Below are positions 45,328-55,114 of a stretch of 64,000 nucleotides of DNA, one piece after another. Position 1 is the first letter of the stretch. Each line of letters starts with the position of its first letter. Origin of the DNA: an uncultured Gammaproteobacteria bacterium (GTDB lineage Bacteria > Patescibacteriota > Patescibacteriia > Magasanikbacterales > GWA2-37-8); the NCBI GenBank assembly GCA_964510885.1, contig CAZEDL010000001.1, positions 212,663 to 276,662 on the forward strand. The letters are read 5' to 3'. The position numbers were made by a program, and so were the translations under genes. Under the pieces are notes generated by a model. That model was not told the origin of the DNA, did not search any database, and worked only from the letters and a program-made list of their open reading frames with translations.

Positions 45328-47154
45328 TTAGCCGTTGCTTTTAGCTTTGCGGCGGGCCTCGTTTTCATTGAGGATCATCTTGCGGATACGGACATTTTTG
45401 GGGGTAATTTCAACCAATTCATCGTCGCCAATATATTCGAGGGCATCTTCGAGTTCCATGATACGTGGGGCATTAAAATGTTCGGCCGTGCCGTCGCCTT
45501 TGGAGCGCATGTTGGAGAGCTGTTTCATTTTGCAGACATTGATGCGCAAGTCGCCGCTCCGGTTGTTCTGGCCCACCACCTGGCCTTCATAGACATCGAT
45601 ATTCGGGCCAACGAACATCACACCGCGATCCTGTACGCCGAGGAGGCCATAGAGGGCGGTGGTGCCAGTTTCATGAGCCACGAGCGAGCCCTGATTGCGC
45701 TCTTTCCAGTTGCCAGGGTCGGGCAAGTAATCGAGGAAGATGCTATGCATAATGCCAAGGCCTTTGGTGTCGGTGAGGAATTCGGTGCGGTAGCCAAACA
45801 GCCCACGAGTCGGGATATCAAATTCCATGAACATGATGCCATTTTCAGAACGCATATCTTTGAGTTGACCATTACGGCTGCCCATTTTTTGCATAATCAC
45901 GCCGTTGTAAATTTCCGGAACTTCGATATAGACATGGTCATATGGGCACATTTTTTGGCCATCGATTTCTTTCATAATTACCTGCGGGCGTGAAACTTGG
46001 AATTCAAATCCGTCGCGGCGCATGCGTTCGATAAGAATAGCGAGATGCAATTCACCACGGCCGGAAACGATCCAATCACCACTATCACTGTCTTCAACCC
46101 GGAGCGCAACATCGTTTTCAGCTTCTTTAAATAAGCGTTCGCGGATTTGACGCGACGTGCTGTAATCACCTTCTTTGCCGGCAAAGGGCGAATCGTTAAC
46201 GGCAAATGTCATTTTTACGGTTGGTTCATCGATGGTAATCGTTGGCAAAGCCACCGGATTTTGCACATCGGCAAAGGTGTCGCCAATCGTGACATCAGGA
46301 TTGCCAGCTACCGCTACTACATCCCCTACTTCTGCTGATTCAATTTCCATGCGATCGAGGCCCATAAAGGTCATAAGGGCGGTGAGGCGGAATTTTTTCT
46401 GGTGTCCGGCGCGGTCGATGTGCATCACTTCTTGGTTCTTTTTAATCGAACCATTGTAAATGCGACCAATGGCGATACGGCCCTTGAAGTTGTCGGCGAC
46501 GGTTGAAACAACGAGCATCTGGAGCGGCTTGCCGGCATCTCCGCTCGGAGTAGGAACATTTTTTAAAATAGCATCAAACACTGGCGTAATATCAGTCATC
46601 GCATTTAGATCTGGAGTAGTGCCAGCTTTACCTTGTTTGGCCGAAGCGAATACTACCGGGAATTCAGCAATTTCATCGCTCGCACCTAATTCCAAAAATA
46701 GCTCTAAGGTTTTATCGAGTACATATTGAATACGAGCATCTGGTTTATCAACTTTATTAACGACTACAATCACGCGGTGACCCATCTGGAGGGCCTTGCG
46801 CAGTACAAAGCGAGTCTGCGGCATCGGGCCTTCTTTGGCATCCACGAGGAGCAAACAGCCATCGGCCATTTTGAGCACACGCTCCACCTCACCGCCAAAG
46901 TCAGCATGGCCGGGGGTATCGATAATATTGATCTTGGTAGCCACGTTGGTGTTTGGATCAGTCCAGGTGACCGAGGCGTTTTTAGAAAAAATGGTGATAC
47001 CGCGTTCGCGTTCCAAATCATTGTTATCCATGATTGTGGTAACGTCAGCGAATTCTTTGGCGAGTTTGGTTTTGGATTGGCGCAGCAAGGCATCCACGAG
47101 CGTAGTTTTACCGTGGTCAACGTGAGCAATGATAGCAACGTTACGAATATTCAT
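45328..47154 (-). CDS. typA: Translational GTPase TypA/BipA
   Basis: MNIRNVAIIAHVDHGKTTLVD G1 motif, EF-G-like domains; start set at ATG 47152-47154. Confidence 0.85.
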   Translation of the reverse strand: MNIRNVAIIAHVDHGKTTLVDALLRQSKTKLAKEFADVTTIMDNNDLERERGITIFSKNASVTWTDPNTNVATKINIIDTPGHADFGGEVERVLKMADGCLLLVDAKEGPMPQTRFVLRKALQMGHRVIVVVNKVDKPDARIQYVLDKTLELFLELGASDEIAEFPVVFASAKQGKAGTTPDLNAMTDITPVFDAILKNVPTPSGDAGKPLQMLVVSTVADNFKGRIAIGRIYNGSIKKNQEVMHIDRAGHQKKFRLTALMTFMGLDRMEIESAEVGDVVAVAGNPDVTIGDTFADVQNPVALPTITIDEPTVKMTFAVNDSPFAGKEGDYSTSRQIRERLFKEAENDVALRVEDSDSGDWIVSGRGELHLAILIERMRRDGFEFQVSRPQVIMKEIDGQKMCPYDHVYIEVPEIYNGVIMQKMGSRNGQLKDMRSENGIMFMEFDIPTRGLFGYRTEFLTDTKGLGIMHSIFLDYLPDPGNWKERNQGSLVAHETGTTALYGLLGVQDRGVMFVGPNIDVYEGQVVGQNNRSGDLRINVCKMKQLSNMRSKGDGTAEHFNAPRIMELEDALEYIGDDELVEITPKNVRIRKMILNENEARRKAKSNG

Positions 47155-47162
47155 ACTAACAT

Positions 47163-47189
47163 TAAAACATGAAAACACGAGAACATTTT
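47163..47189. repeat. Conserved ~27-nt motif CATTAAAACATGAAAACAC(G/T)AGAACAT, copy 1 (upstream of typA)
   Basis: Near-identical to 59920-59946. Confidence 0.55.
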
Positions 47190-47376
47190 GAACCATGCTG
47201 AAATCCGTACGCACGGAAAACAATGTAAACCGCGAATTTCTTTATTAAAAAAACTGCTTTTTAGCGAGCAGGATCACTTTTAAAGTGGCTTAACCTTAGC
47301 ACAAATTCGGCTATTCGTCAAACTGAAATACCCTAGAATACGGGGTGGCGCTGCCAGGAGCCCCCGGCAGGCAGCG

Positions 47377-47853
47377 CTAGCGCTCTACAAGCGGTGGAGT
47401 GAATATAAACGAAAAGAACATCCCGGGGACACTTGCCCTCCCCACTACATCACCGCCGAAGCTAGCAATAAGGGCCGGACACAGCCACGATTGACTACAG
47501 GTAGCCACTTCTAGCCCGGCGGCCACCACCACGCTGTCGTTTGGCGTGCCGTCATATGGCGTGCTGGCAGAGAGATAGGGCCCGATTAGCAGCGGGCCGA
47601 CCGGAAATAGCCAGTCGACTGACAGACTAAGGCTACTACTGACCGGGCACACCTCGAATGTGATCGAGGCGTACTGCCTTTTTTTAAGGCCTTTCTGCAA
47701 AGCTAGGCCAAGGCACGGCTCGATAGTGACCGCAGGATTTGGTTCTAGCGGCACGGTCATCGAGAGATCGGCGACGAAGAGGAGTGACTCTTCGGCAGCG
47801 GCTGTGAGCGTACTTGCCAATAAACAAAAAATGACGAGGGTCGTTCTCATCGT
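47377..47853 (-). CDS. Hypothetical secreted protein (high-GC islet)
   Basis: Signal peptide MTMRTTLVIFCLLASTLTAAAEE; no recognised domain. Confidence 0.4.
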   Translation of the reverse strand, partial: TMRTTLVIFCLLASTLTAAAEESLLFVADLSMTVPLEPNPAVTIEPCLGLALQKGLKKRQYASITFEVCPVSSSLSLSVDWLFPVGPLLIGPYLSASTPYDGTPNDSVVVAAGLEVATCSQSWLCPALIASFGGDVVGRASVPGMFFSFIFTPPLVER

Positions 47854-48015
47854 CATGTCACGGACCTCCAAACGATTGGTTAGACGTTTGAGGTGATACT
47901 AGCAAGTTTCTATGGATTCGTATACAGAGGCCGCTGTGCAGCCGCTTTGTACGAACTGCCAGGCCAGCCCGCGCGAATCGGAGACTCGCGGGGCGGCCTG
48001 GCTGGTTCTAGTGGT

Positions 48016-48582
48016 TCAATGGGTGGGATCCGGGATCGGCGCGCTGAGTAGCATGCCGATCCCGTGGCCAGGGTGGCCGTGGTGATCGGGGTGGAGCAGG
48101 TGCCCCACGATTACGGACACGCTGGTCCGTTTCGTGGGCTTCACCCGCAGGGTTGGGCCCGCCACATTCCCGCCAAAGCCGGGCTTTTCGCCGCTGAGCG
48201 CGACGATTAAGCCATCTCCGAGCCCGAGCGCCCAGCTGGGGCTGAGGGCGCGCAAACCGGCGATGGTCAGGATGAGCTGGAACTGCGGCTGGGTGTTCAT
48301 ACCCAGCTCGATCTCCCAGAGGAGCATCCACGCTCCCTGGCCACACTTGCCACCGATCCCGACGCCGCCGTCCCCAATGTACTCGGGCCGCAGCCTTGGC
48401 TCACCAAGGTGCAGCTCCTTTTCAAAAGGAGCAGCGAAGGACAGGCTCAATACCGGGTGCGGTCGCCCGCACCGGAAGCCTGCCGGCTGGTGGGGGCCGG
48501 CTTCATCGTCAGCACGAACCTCGCTCCCCACCAGGAGCAAGGCAATTACAAGTAGGGCGAAAATGCCCTTGTGACCCCTCAT
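48016..48582 (-). CDS. Hypothetical secreted protein with His-rich C-terminus (high-GC islet)
   Basis: Signal peptide MRGHKGIFALLVIALLLVGSEVRA; C-term HLLHPDHHGHPGHG. Confidence 0.4.
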   Translation of the reverse strand: MRGHKGIFALLVIALLLVGSEVRADDEAGPHQPAGFRCGRPHPVLSLSFAAPFEKELHLGEPRLRPEYIGDGGVGIGGKCGQGAWMLLWEIELGMNTQPQFQLILTIAGLRALSPSWALGLGDGLIVALSGEKPGFGGNVAGPTLRVKPTKRTSVSVIVGHLLHPDHHGHPGHGIGMLLSAPIPDPTH

Positions 48583-48633
48583 CTAGATACCTCCGAAAGA
48601 AGATGGTGCCACTTCGAACAGAATTGTTCGCAG

Positions 48634-48680
48634 TTGGCATTTAGAAAATTCACATTTTGTATGCGCTTTCTAAATGCCAA
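48634..48680. promoter_or_regulatory. 14-bp perfect inverted repeat TTGGCATTTAGAAA-N19-TTTCTAAATGCCAA
   Basis: Located ~50 bp upstream (minus strand) of secreted-protein gene start. Confidence 0.4.
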
Positions 48681-48950
48681 TTAATTACGAACTCTGTTTT
48701 TAAACCACTAGAATAGTGAGAAGACTAAGAGAACAGAGAATCCCATTTGGTGGGATTAGCCGCGACAAGCAAGCTCCCTTACACAGAAAAAAGCCGAACA
48801 TTTCGATATTTTTCTCTGTAAAAGTCGCTCACTAGGCGGGGACTCTGTACCATCTTACTTCTCGTTGTAAAGAACGATTTCTTAAATTCTGTAAAAAATT
48901 TAAGAAATCACTATAGCATAAAAATAGGAATTTGTCAATGTATTTTTTCT

Positions 48951-48980
48951 GGGGATAAAAAAATCCCCTGGCAGGGATTT
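48951..48980 (-). terminator. Rho-independent terminator (minus strand) downstream of 39-aa ORF
   Basis: minus strand AAATCCCTGCCAGGGGATTTTTTTATCCCC. Confidence 0.55.
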
Positions 48981-49079
48981 AGCTTACTTAAGCCTCTTTT
49001 AAGGCCTAAACAAGCCCTACAAGAGGCCGCGCATCTGAGTTAAAGATGCGCGAATAGATGCGCGGCCCTCCTGCCGTGG

Positions 49080-49199
49080 TTAGTGAGCGGGTGGTGATCC
49101 GATGCCGGTCACACCGGCATAGATGACCCAGGCATAAAATGCTACACAGAGCGCGAGAAGAGCTGCCATGCCAACGCGGCGAAAGATATAGAGAGCCAT
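49080..49199 (-). CDS. Small hydrophobic protein (39 aa), type-I-toxin-like arrangement
   Basis: GGAGGTAAGTC-ATG strong SD; MALYIFRRVGMAALLALCVAFYAWVIYAGVTGIGSPPAH single TM; hairpins at both ends. Confidence 0.35.
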   Translation of the reverse strand: MALYIFRRVGMAALLALCVAFYAWVIYAGVTGIGSPPAH

Positions 49200-49275
49200 G
49201 ACTTACCTCCCGAAGGTGGCAAGTCTAATCTTAAAAAGATTTTGCTTGCCACCGCCGAGAGGATTTGTAAAAGAG

Positions 49276-49980
49276 CTAAAAAATTTCAAAATGAATATGC
49301 TTCATCGGCACTTTTTGGACCAGCAGAGCTGACCGGACATCTTTAATCATCTCCAAACTACCACACACATAATATTCGGCAAGCTCGGGGAGCGTGGGCA
49401 GATGAGCGGTGACGCGACCGATCCTACCCTGCCATTTGGCTGGTTCGTGCGCGCCGGAGAGGCAGATTGAATAATCAAAGGATGGCAGATCTTTTTTGAG
49501 GGCAGCCAAGCGATCATGCCAAAAGACATCATGCTCGGTACGTACCCCAAATAATACGGTTTGACTCTCCCCTGCTTTAAATTCAGTTGGCTGATCGGCC
49601 AAAATACTCAGAATCGGGGTGATGCCGGTGCCCGTAGCCACGAATACTTTGGTTGGGAGTGCCGCCGGAGTGACCACAAAAAAGCCCTGCGCAGCAGAGA
49701 AAATAACTTCACTGTTCAGACTCAAAACGTTGAAATACTGTGAAGCTGCCCCACCAGGAAGAATTTTGATGCAAAACTCGAGGTAGTCGGCATTGGGGGC
49801 TGAGGCAATCGAATAACTGCGCCAAACCGGTTCGGTGCTAGTTGGGATTTTGAACTGCACGAATTGACCGGCTTTAAACTCAAATCCAGCCGGACGCGAT
49901 ACCCGAAATATTAAGACATCGCTCGTGACGAAGTGGCGTTCGGTGAGGACTCCGGTATATTCGACTCGGACGGGTGACAT
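49276..49980 (-). CDS. Ferredoxin-NADP reductase-like FAD/NAD(P)-binding oxidoreductase
   Basis: RSYSIAS (FAD RxYS) and GTGITP (NAD) motifs. Confidence 0.65.
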   Translation of the reverse strand: MSPVRVEYTGVLTERHFVTSDVLIFRVSRPAGFEFKAGQFVQFKIPTSTEPVWRSYSIASAPNADYLEFCIKILPGGAASQYFNVLSLNSEVIFSAAQGFFVVTPAALPTKVFVATGTGITPILSILADQPTEFKAGESQTVLFGVRTEHDVFWHDRLAALKKDLPSFDYSICLSGAHEPAKWQGRIGRVTAHLPTLPELAEYYVCGSLEMIKDVRSALLVQKVPMKHIHFEIF

Positions 49981-50104
49981 AGGTTGACAAAAAGGCTAAA
50001 AATAGAGTAAAATAGGGCAGATTTTGAATTCTAAGCTATCTGGTTAGTTGGCTAGCATACTATACTTTTAGTGATTTAGCAATCAGGCCAGAATTTTTCC
50101 GCGC

Positions 50105-51517
50105 ATGCCAAAAGTAGTCAAAAAAAATATACCGAAACTCGACCGCTCGGCCTATGATACGGCTAACCCGGAAGCGCATCGCTTTAAGAGTGCACCAGGC
50201 TTATCCGAAGAGTTGGTGCGCGAGATTTCGGCGCAAAAAAATGAACCGGAGTGGATGCTTAAAAAACGCCTCCAGGGTTTGGCGTTGTTCCGCGAGAAGC
50301 CGTTACCAGCGTGGGGGCCTGATTTATCGAAATTGGATTTAGAAAAAATTGTCTATTTTGTTCGGCCGGATAGCGACAGCGCCACCACATGGGACAAAGT
50401 ACCCGAGAATATTAAAAAAACGTTTGACCGGTTGGGAATTCCGGAGGCTGAGAAAAAGGCTTTGGCTGGAGTCGGAGCGCAGTATGATTCAGATATTGTC
50501 TATCATAAATTAAAAAAGCAATGGGAGGACAAAGGCGTGGTATTTGAAAATATGGATGTGGCGGTGCATAAATATCCAGAGCTGGTGAAAAAATATTTCA
50601 TGATACAATGCGTGCCGGTATCTGACCATAAATTCACTATGCTGCATGCGGCGGTATGGAGCGGCGGCACCTTTATTTATGTCCCGAAGGGCGTGACGGT
50701 TGATTTGCCGCTGCAAGCGTACTTCCGCATGAATGTGCGCTCGGGCGGGCAATTTGAACATACGCTGATTATCGCCGATGAAGGCAGTACGATTCATTAT
50801 ATTGAAGGATGCTCAGCGCCACGCTACGGGCAAAGTTCATTGCATGCCGGGTGTGTTGAGATTTTTGTCCATGCCGGGGCACGCGTGCGCTATTCATCGA
50901 TTGAGAATTGGTCAAAAGATACCTACAATTTAAATACGAAACGGGCGCTGGTGGATGAAGATGGGGTGATTGAATGGGTGAATGGCAATATGGGTAGCGG
51001 GGTCACCATGCTGTACCCGAGTTCGATTTTGCGCGGGCGCGGGGCACGTTCGGATAGCTTGGGGGTGGCGTTTGCTGGGCCGGGGCAGAACCAAGATACG
51101 GGAGCTAAAGCAATTCACACGGCACCACACACCAGCTCGAATATTGTATCAAAATCTATTTCGGTGAATGGCGGTATTAATACCTTCCGCGGGCTAATCC
51201 ATATCACGCCGGCAGCAAACAATGTGAATGCGGCGATGGTGTGTGATGCGCTTTTGATTGGCAAAAACGCGGTGGCGAATACGATTCCGGAATTAAAAAT
51301 TAAGAATGAAGATGTCACGGTGTCGCACGAAGCGCGCGTGGGCAAGATTGGTGACGAAGAAATTTTTTATTTGCAGTCGCGGGGGTTATCCGAACAAGAA
51401 GCGATTCGGCTGGTGGTATCGGGATTTATTGAGCCGATTGTGAAGGCGTTGCCGATTGAGTATGCGCTTGAATTAAATAAATTGATTGAGCTTGAGATGG
51501 AGGGGGCGGTGGGATAA
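50105..51517 (+). CDS. sufB: Fe-S cluster assembly protein SufB
   Basis: 470 aa with SufB N- and C-terminal conserved regions. Confidence 0.85.
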   Translation: MPKVVKKNIPKLDRSAYDTANPEAHRFKSAPGLSEELVREISAQKNEPEWMLKKRLQGLALFREKPLPAWGPDLSKLDLEKIVYFVRPDSDSATTWDKVPENIKKTFDRLGIPEAEKKALAGVGAQYDSDIVYHKLKKQWEDKGVVFENMDVAVHKYPELVKKYFMIQCVPVSDHKFTMLHAAVWSGGTFIYVPKGVTVDLPLQAYFRMNVRSGGQFEHTLIIADEGSTIHYIEGCSAPRYGQSSLHAGCVEIFVHAGARVRYSSIENWSKDTYNLNTKRALVDEDGVIEWVNGNMGSGVTMLYPSSILRGRGARSDSLGVAFAGPGQNQDTGAKAIHTAPHTSSNIVSKSISVNGGINTFRGLIHITPAANNVNAAMVCDALLIGKNAVANTIPELKIKNEDVTVSHEARVGKIGDEEIFYLQSRGLSEQEAIRLVVSGFIEPIVKALPIEYALELNKLIELEMEGAVG

Positions 51518-51521
51518 TGGC

Positions 51522-51926
51522 TTATGTCAATCGAATAATCCCAAGAATGGCCGACAGATCTTTAATTTTATAACCTTCCATCTCCCCATAAGATTCATCA
51601 ACGGGTTCTAATCCTGCGGGATTATAAACTGCGATAGCAGGATTTTTATAATCCAGGGCAAATTCGAATGGATTTTGGTTGTCGCCGTCGCCATTGATAT
51701 CATCTTCTTCAGCGCAAAAAACTACCATCTTACCTTCTGCAGAACCCCAATTTTTTCCTATTTGGTCTCCATCAAATCCGCTATACAAAAGGCCGGGCCG
51801 ATAAAAAGGCAACTTTTTGAGCTCTCGCATAAATATTTCGATTTGCGACTCCTTATCCCAACCTTCAGAAATATCAATGCTGTAAACGGGAGGTTGCGGC
51901 ATTCTTTCACGTCTTTCAATCGGCAT
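51522..51926 (-). CDS. Hypothetical acidic protein
   Basis: 134 aa, no motif; AT-rich insertion in suf locus. Confidence 0.4.
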   Translation of the reverse strand: MPIERRERMPQPPVYSIDISEGWDKESQIEIFMRELKKLPFYRPGLLYSGFDGDQIGKNWGSAEGKMVVFCAEEDDINGDGDNQNPFEFALDYKNPAIAVYNPAGLEPVDESYGEMEGYKIKDLSAILGIIRLT

Positions 51927-51999
51927 AGGTTTAAAACTATAGTTTAAGTACGGTTGTTATTTTACCCTATTTTAGGGGATAGTAAAACACAGTCAATTT

Positions 52000-52674
52000 T
52001 TAAAAATGTTCGTCTATCTTCAGTCTATAGTGACCACTTATCGGGGCCGGCCAACTGGTTAACTTATCATCTTCAACTACGCCAAATCCATAATTGTGGA
52101 TGAGGAGCGGAACCGGCGGTTGATTGTCGATTTCTACCATTTTATTCGACACAATGGCTATGTGCCACAGGCTCCCGGGTATCTGATCGAAGGTTACGAT
52201 ATCGCCTGGCTGCCAATAGCCTTTGTCAAAACAGTCTTTGTCAGTGCATGTCGGCACTGGTTCGGCATAGTGATCTAGAAAAATTTTTACATTTCTGACT
52301 CGGCGGTAATTAATATTGGGGTCGGATTCATGAGGATACCTGGCGGGGTATTTTTTCATATCGGCATCTATTTTTGCTTTGAGATTATAGTTGTTGTCAC
52401 GAAGCGCTCTTTCAATGACATCAGTGCAGGCTCCCCTATCGTCTGGTGGGTAGCCGCCGGTGTAGTAGCTGGTATCGTAGCTGGTTACCACTCCGATTTG
52501 TTTTCTGGCGGAATCTACGAGGGGGTGGCTGGCGTGGTATACATACTTGATATTGGGAAGTGGGTTGGTGGCTGAGGTGGTACTTTCTTGGGTGATAGTG
52601 CTGGAGCAGCCAGAGAGCAGAACCGTTCCTAATAACAGCAGCAGTAAATTTTTTTTCATATTTACTGTATTCAT
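52000..52674 (-). CDS. Hypothetical lipoprotein (possibly DUF1287-like)
   Basis: Signal + lipobox LLSGC; family assignment is weak recollection. Confidence 0.45.
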   Translation of the reverse strand: MNTVNMKKNLLLLLLGTVLLSGCSSTITQESTTSATNPLPNIKYVYHASHPLVDSARKQIGVVTSYDTSYYTGGYPPDDRGACTDVIERALRDNNYNLKAKIDADMKKYPARYPHESDPNINYRRVRNVKIFLDHYAEPVPTCTDKDCFDKGYWQPGDIVTFDQIPGSLWHIAIVSNKMVEIDNQPPVPLLIHNYGFGVVEDDKLTSWPAPISGHYRLKIDEHF

Positions 52675-52750
52675 TTAGAAAAATTTCTTGTTTTTACTTT
52701 GAGATACAAATGGCAGAGGGGTAGGGGCGAATACCCTGAGGCCAAACTCC

Positions 52751-53737
52751 TTATATGTACTTTTGATACATAATTTCAGCTGTTTTCATATTTTTCTTTA
52801 TACCGAGACCAAAATTAAAAAAATTTTCTGGAATTGGATTAAGAGGATTTTCATGGTAGGCAAACAAAAACTCGTTGCCGATTCCGCTCCATGAACTATG
52901 TCCGATTGAATAGCCGGAGTACAATACTGCACTAATTTTTGAAAAATCATTCATTACCATAGGCTCAGTTTTAATTTCTTCAACTAAATTGTCTTTCGTA
53001 GTCCTTTTAACTGGCCGTGCTGACAGGTAACCTCTTTGTAAGCCCCTTTGGTTTGGAATTTTAGTATAAGATTCAAGACCTCTCGCAAACATTGCCCTCT
53101 CGAAGAGTGCCTGGTCATCTGAATACTGTTGAATGTCTGCGCCACTAATCGCAATCACCAAACAATCGTTATCCCTTATTCCTATTTTGACATTTTCTAT
53201 ATCGAGACAAAATTTTTTAAATTTTTTATAGAATGCGCTTGTTATGCGTAACACCCGATTATGCTGCATCTCTTCTATGTCATATTGATTTGCCCCAAGT
53301 GAATATGGCTTAACACGAACGTCACCGTCACTACATGCAATCGCTTCAATCCACACCTTTTTTCCATTGGGGGCTTCAATACAGAAATCAGGACCATCAT
53401 CTTGTGTTTTATTTAGCAGCCTAAAACCCTTATTTACCAAAATAGTAGCTAAATAAAATTCCCAGGCTCTCTTACTATGAGAGTCTTCTGCTTGGAATGC
53501 TTTTAAGAAATTTTTATCTAAGTAATTGCAAACGTTGGGCCAATTTTTTTCATACCATTTTCTGTCATTTTGCCAACCTGAATATAAAGCTGTCTGAATG
53601 AATCTCTTAGAATAGCTAGGGTACTCTTGGAACGCAGCGTCTAATTCTTTTTGATTTTTTACACTACCTGAAATTAAATAATCAGGAAATATTTTTAAGA
53701 GTTTTTTAGCCATAGCTACATATGTCATCAATTTCAA
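52751..53737 (-). CDS. Hypothetical protein (328 aa)
   Basis: No recognised domain; possible PD…E nuclease-like segment GPDFCIEAP…VWIEAI is unconvincing. Confidence 0.4.
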   Translation of the reverse strand: MKLMTYVAMAKKLLKIFPDYLISGSVKNQKELDAAFQEYPSYSKRFIQTALYSGWQNDRKWYEKNWPNVCNYLDKNFLKAFQAEDSHSKRAWEFYLATILVNKGFRLLNKTQDDGPDFCIEAPNGKKVWIEAIACSDGDVRVKPYSLGANQYDIEEMQHNRVLRITSAFYKKFKKFCLDIENVKIGIRDNDCLVIAISGADIQQYSDDQALFERAMFARGLESYTKIPNQRGLQRGYLSARPVKRTTKDNLVEEIKTEPMVMNDFSKISAVLYSGYSIGHSSWSGIGNEFLFAYHENPLNPIPENFFNFGLGIKKNMKTAEIMYQKYI

Positions 53738-53907
53738 AATAAAAATATTTTTTTGATTATCTCATTAAAATATGAAAAACAAAATCAAATTTTTTTAAGA
53801 ACTTGGACGATAACGCAATTATATTAAAAACTTGAATAATATACAAATTTTTGCTAAGATAAGCGCTCCATAGGACACTCTATGGAAACGAACTAAATAC
53901 AGATGCA

Positions 53908-55113
53908 ATGTGCCCGCTAGACAAAATAAAGTCCAATTTCCCAATTTTTAAGAACCACCCCGAGTTGGTCTATCTTGATAGTGCCGCGACAACCCAAACC
54001 CCGGAGGCTGTTCTAGCTGCAATGACCGATTATTACACGAAATACCGCGCTAATACGCAGCGCGGCCTGTATGCGCTTAGCGAAACGGCCACGACTGCCT
54101 ACGAACAAGCTCGGGCTGATATTGCAACCTTTATTGGAGCAGAGACGAATGAAGTTGTATTCACCGGAGGGGCTACGCACGGGCTGAATTTACTTGCTTC
54201 ACAACTCGGCAAAAAATTAACCAAAAATGATTCAATTGTACTAACGCGCCTAGAGCATCATGCCAATCTTATCCCGTGGCAACAGGTGGCTAAACGCACC
54301 GGGGCTGAACTTCGATTTATCAATATCACTAAACAGGGCGAAATTGATCTGCAGAGTGCCTATGAAGCGATTGATGAAACCACCAAAATTGTCAGTGTGA
54401 CTGGGTTATCGAACGCACTCGGTACCATTGCCCCACTTAAAGAAATCATAGCCATTGCTAAAGAATCCGAGGCGATTACAATTGTTGACGCCTCGCAATT
54501 AGTTGGCCACTCCCCTACTAACGTGCGTGAACTTGATTGTGATTTCTTGGTATTTTCCGGACATAAGGTATATGGGCCGACGGGCATCGGAGTGCTCTAT
54601 GGGAAAACTGAACGCTTGGATGCTTTGGAACCCTGGATGTTCGGTGGTGAAATGATTGAAGATGTTAGTTACACCACCGCCAGCTGGACTGAGGCGCCAC
54701 ATAAATTTGAAGCGGGGACGCAAAATATTGCCGGAGCGATTGGGCTCGGGGCAGCCGTTAGATTCCTATCTGAGATTGGGCTCGAACATATTCAGAAGCA
54801 TGAAGCAGAGATTACGGCTTATGCGCTCGAACAATTAGCTGCAGAAGCGGTGATCATTGGCCCCCCTACTGCCGCAGCCCGTGGATCGATTGTGTCGTTT
54901 ATTGTCCCTGGCATTCACCCACATGATTTGGCGGAGCTGCTCGGCAGAGAACATATGGCCGTCAGAGCCGGGCACCATTGCGCCAAGCCGCTGATGAAAT
55001 ATTTAGATGTCCCGGGTACGGTGCGCGCGTCGTTTGGGATGTATTCGAGCCAGGAAGATGTTGATCGATTGATTGCGGGGATTAAAAAAGCTAAGCAAGT
55101 GTTTAGAGTATAA
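53908..55113 (+). CDS. sufS: Cysteine desulfurase SufS (class V aminotransferase)
   Basis: PLP-lysine region FSGHKVYGPTGIGVLYG; catalytic Cys region RAGHHCA. Confidence 0.85.
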   Translation: MCPLDKIKSNFPIFKNHPELVYLDSAATTQTPEAVLAAMTDYYTKYRANTQRGLYALSETATTAYEQARADIATFIGAETNEVVFTGGATHGLNLLASQLGKKLTKNDSIVLTRLEHHANLIPWQQVAKRTGAELRFINITKQGEIDLQSAYEAIDETTKIVSVTGLSNALGTIAPLKEIIAIAKESEAITIVDASQLVGHSPTNVRELDCDFLVFSGHKVYGPTGIGVLYGKTERLDALEPWMFGGEMIEDVSYTTASWTEAPHKFEAGTQNIAGAIGLGAAVRFLSEIGLEHIQKHEAEITAYALEQLAAEAVIIGPPTAAARGSIVSFIVPGIHPHDLAELLGREHMAVRAGHHCAKPLMKYLDVPGTVRASFGMYSSQEDVDRLIAGIKKAKQVFRV

Positions 55114-55114
55114 T

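Noticed and set aside
48008-48644. Overlapping ORFs 48008..48346 (-), 48134..48574 (+), 48396..48644 (+)
   Set aside because: Same high-GC artefact as above. They are Arg/Pro-rich with no start context, and are shadowed by the signal-peptide gene 48016..48582.
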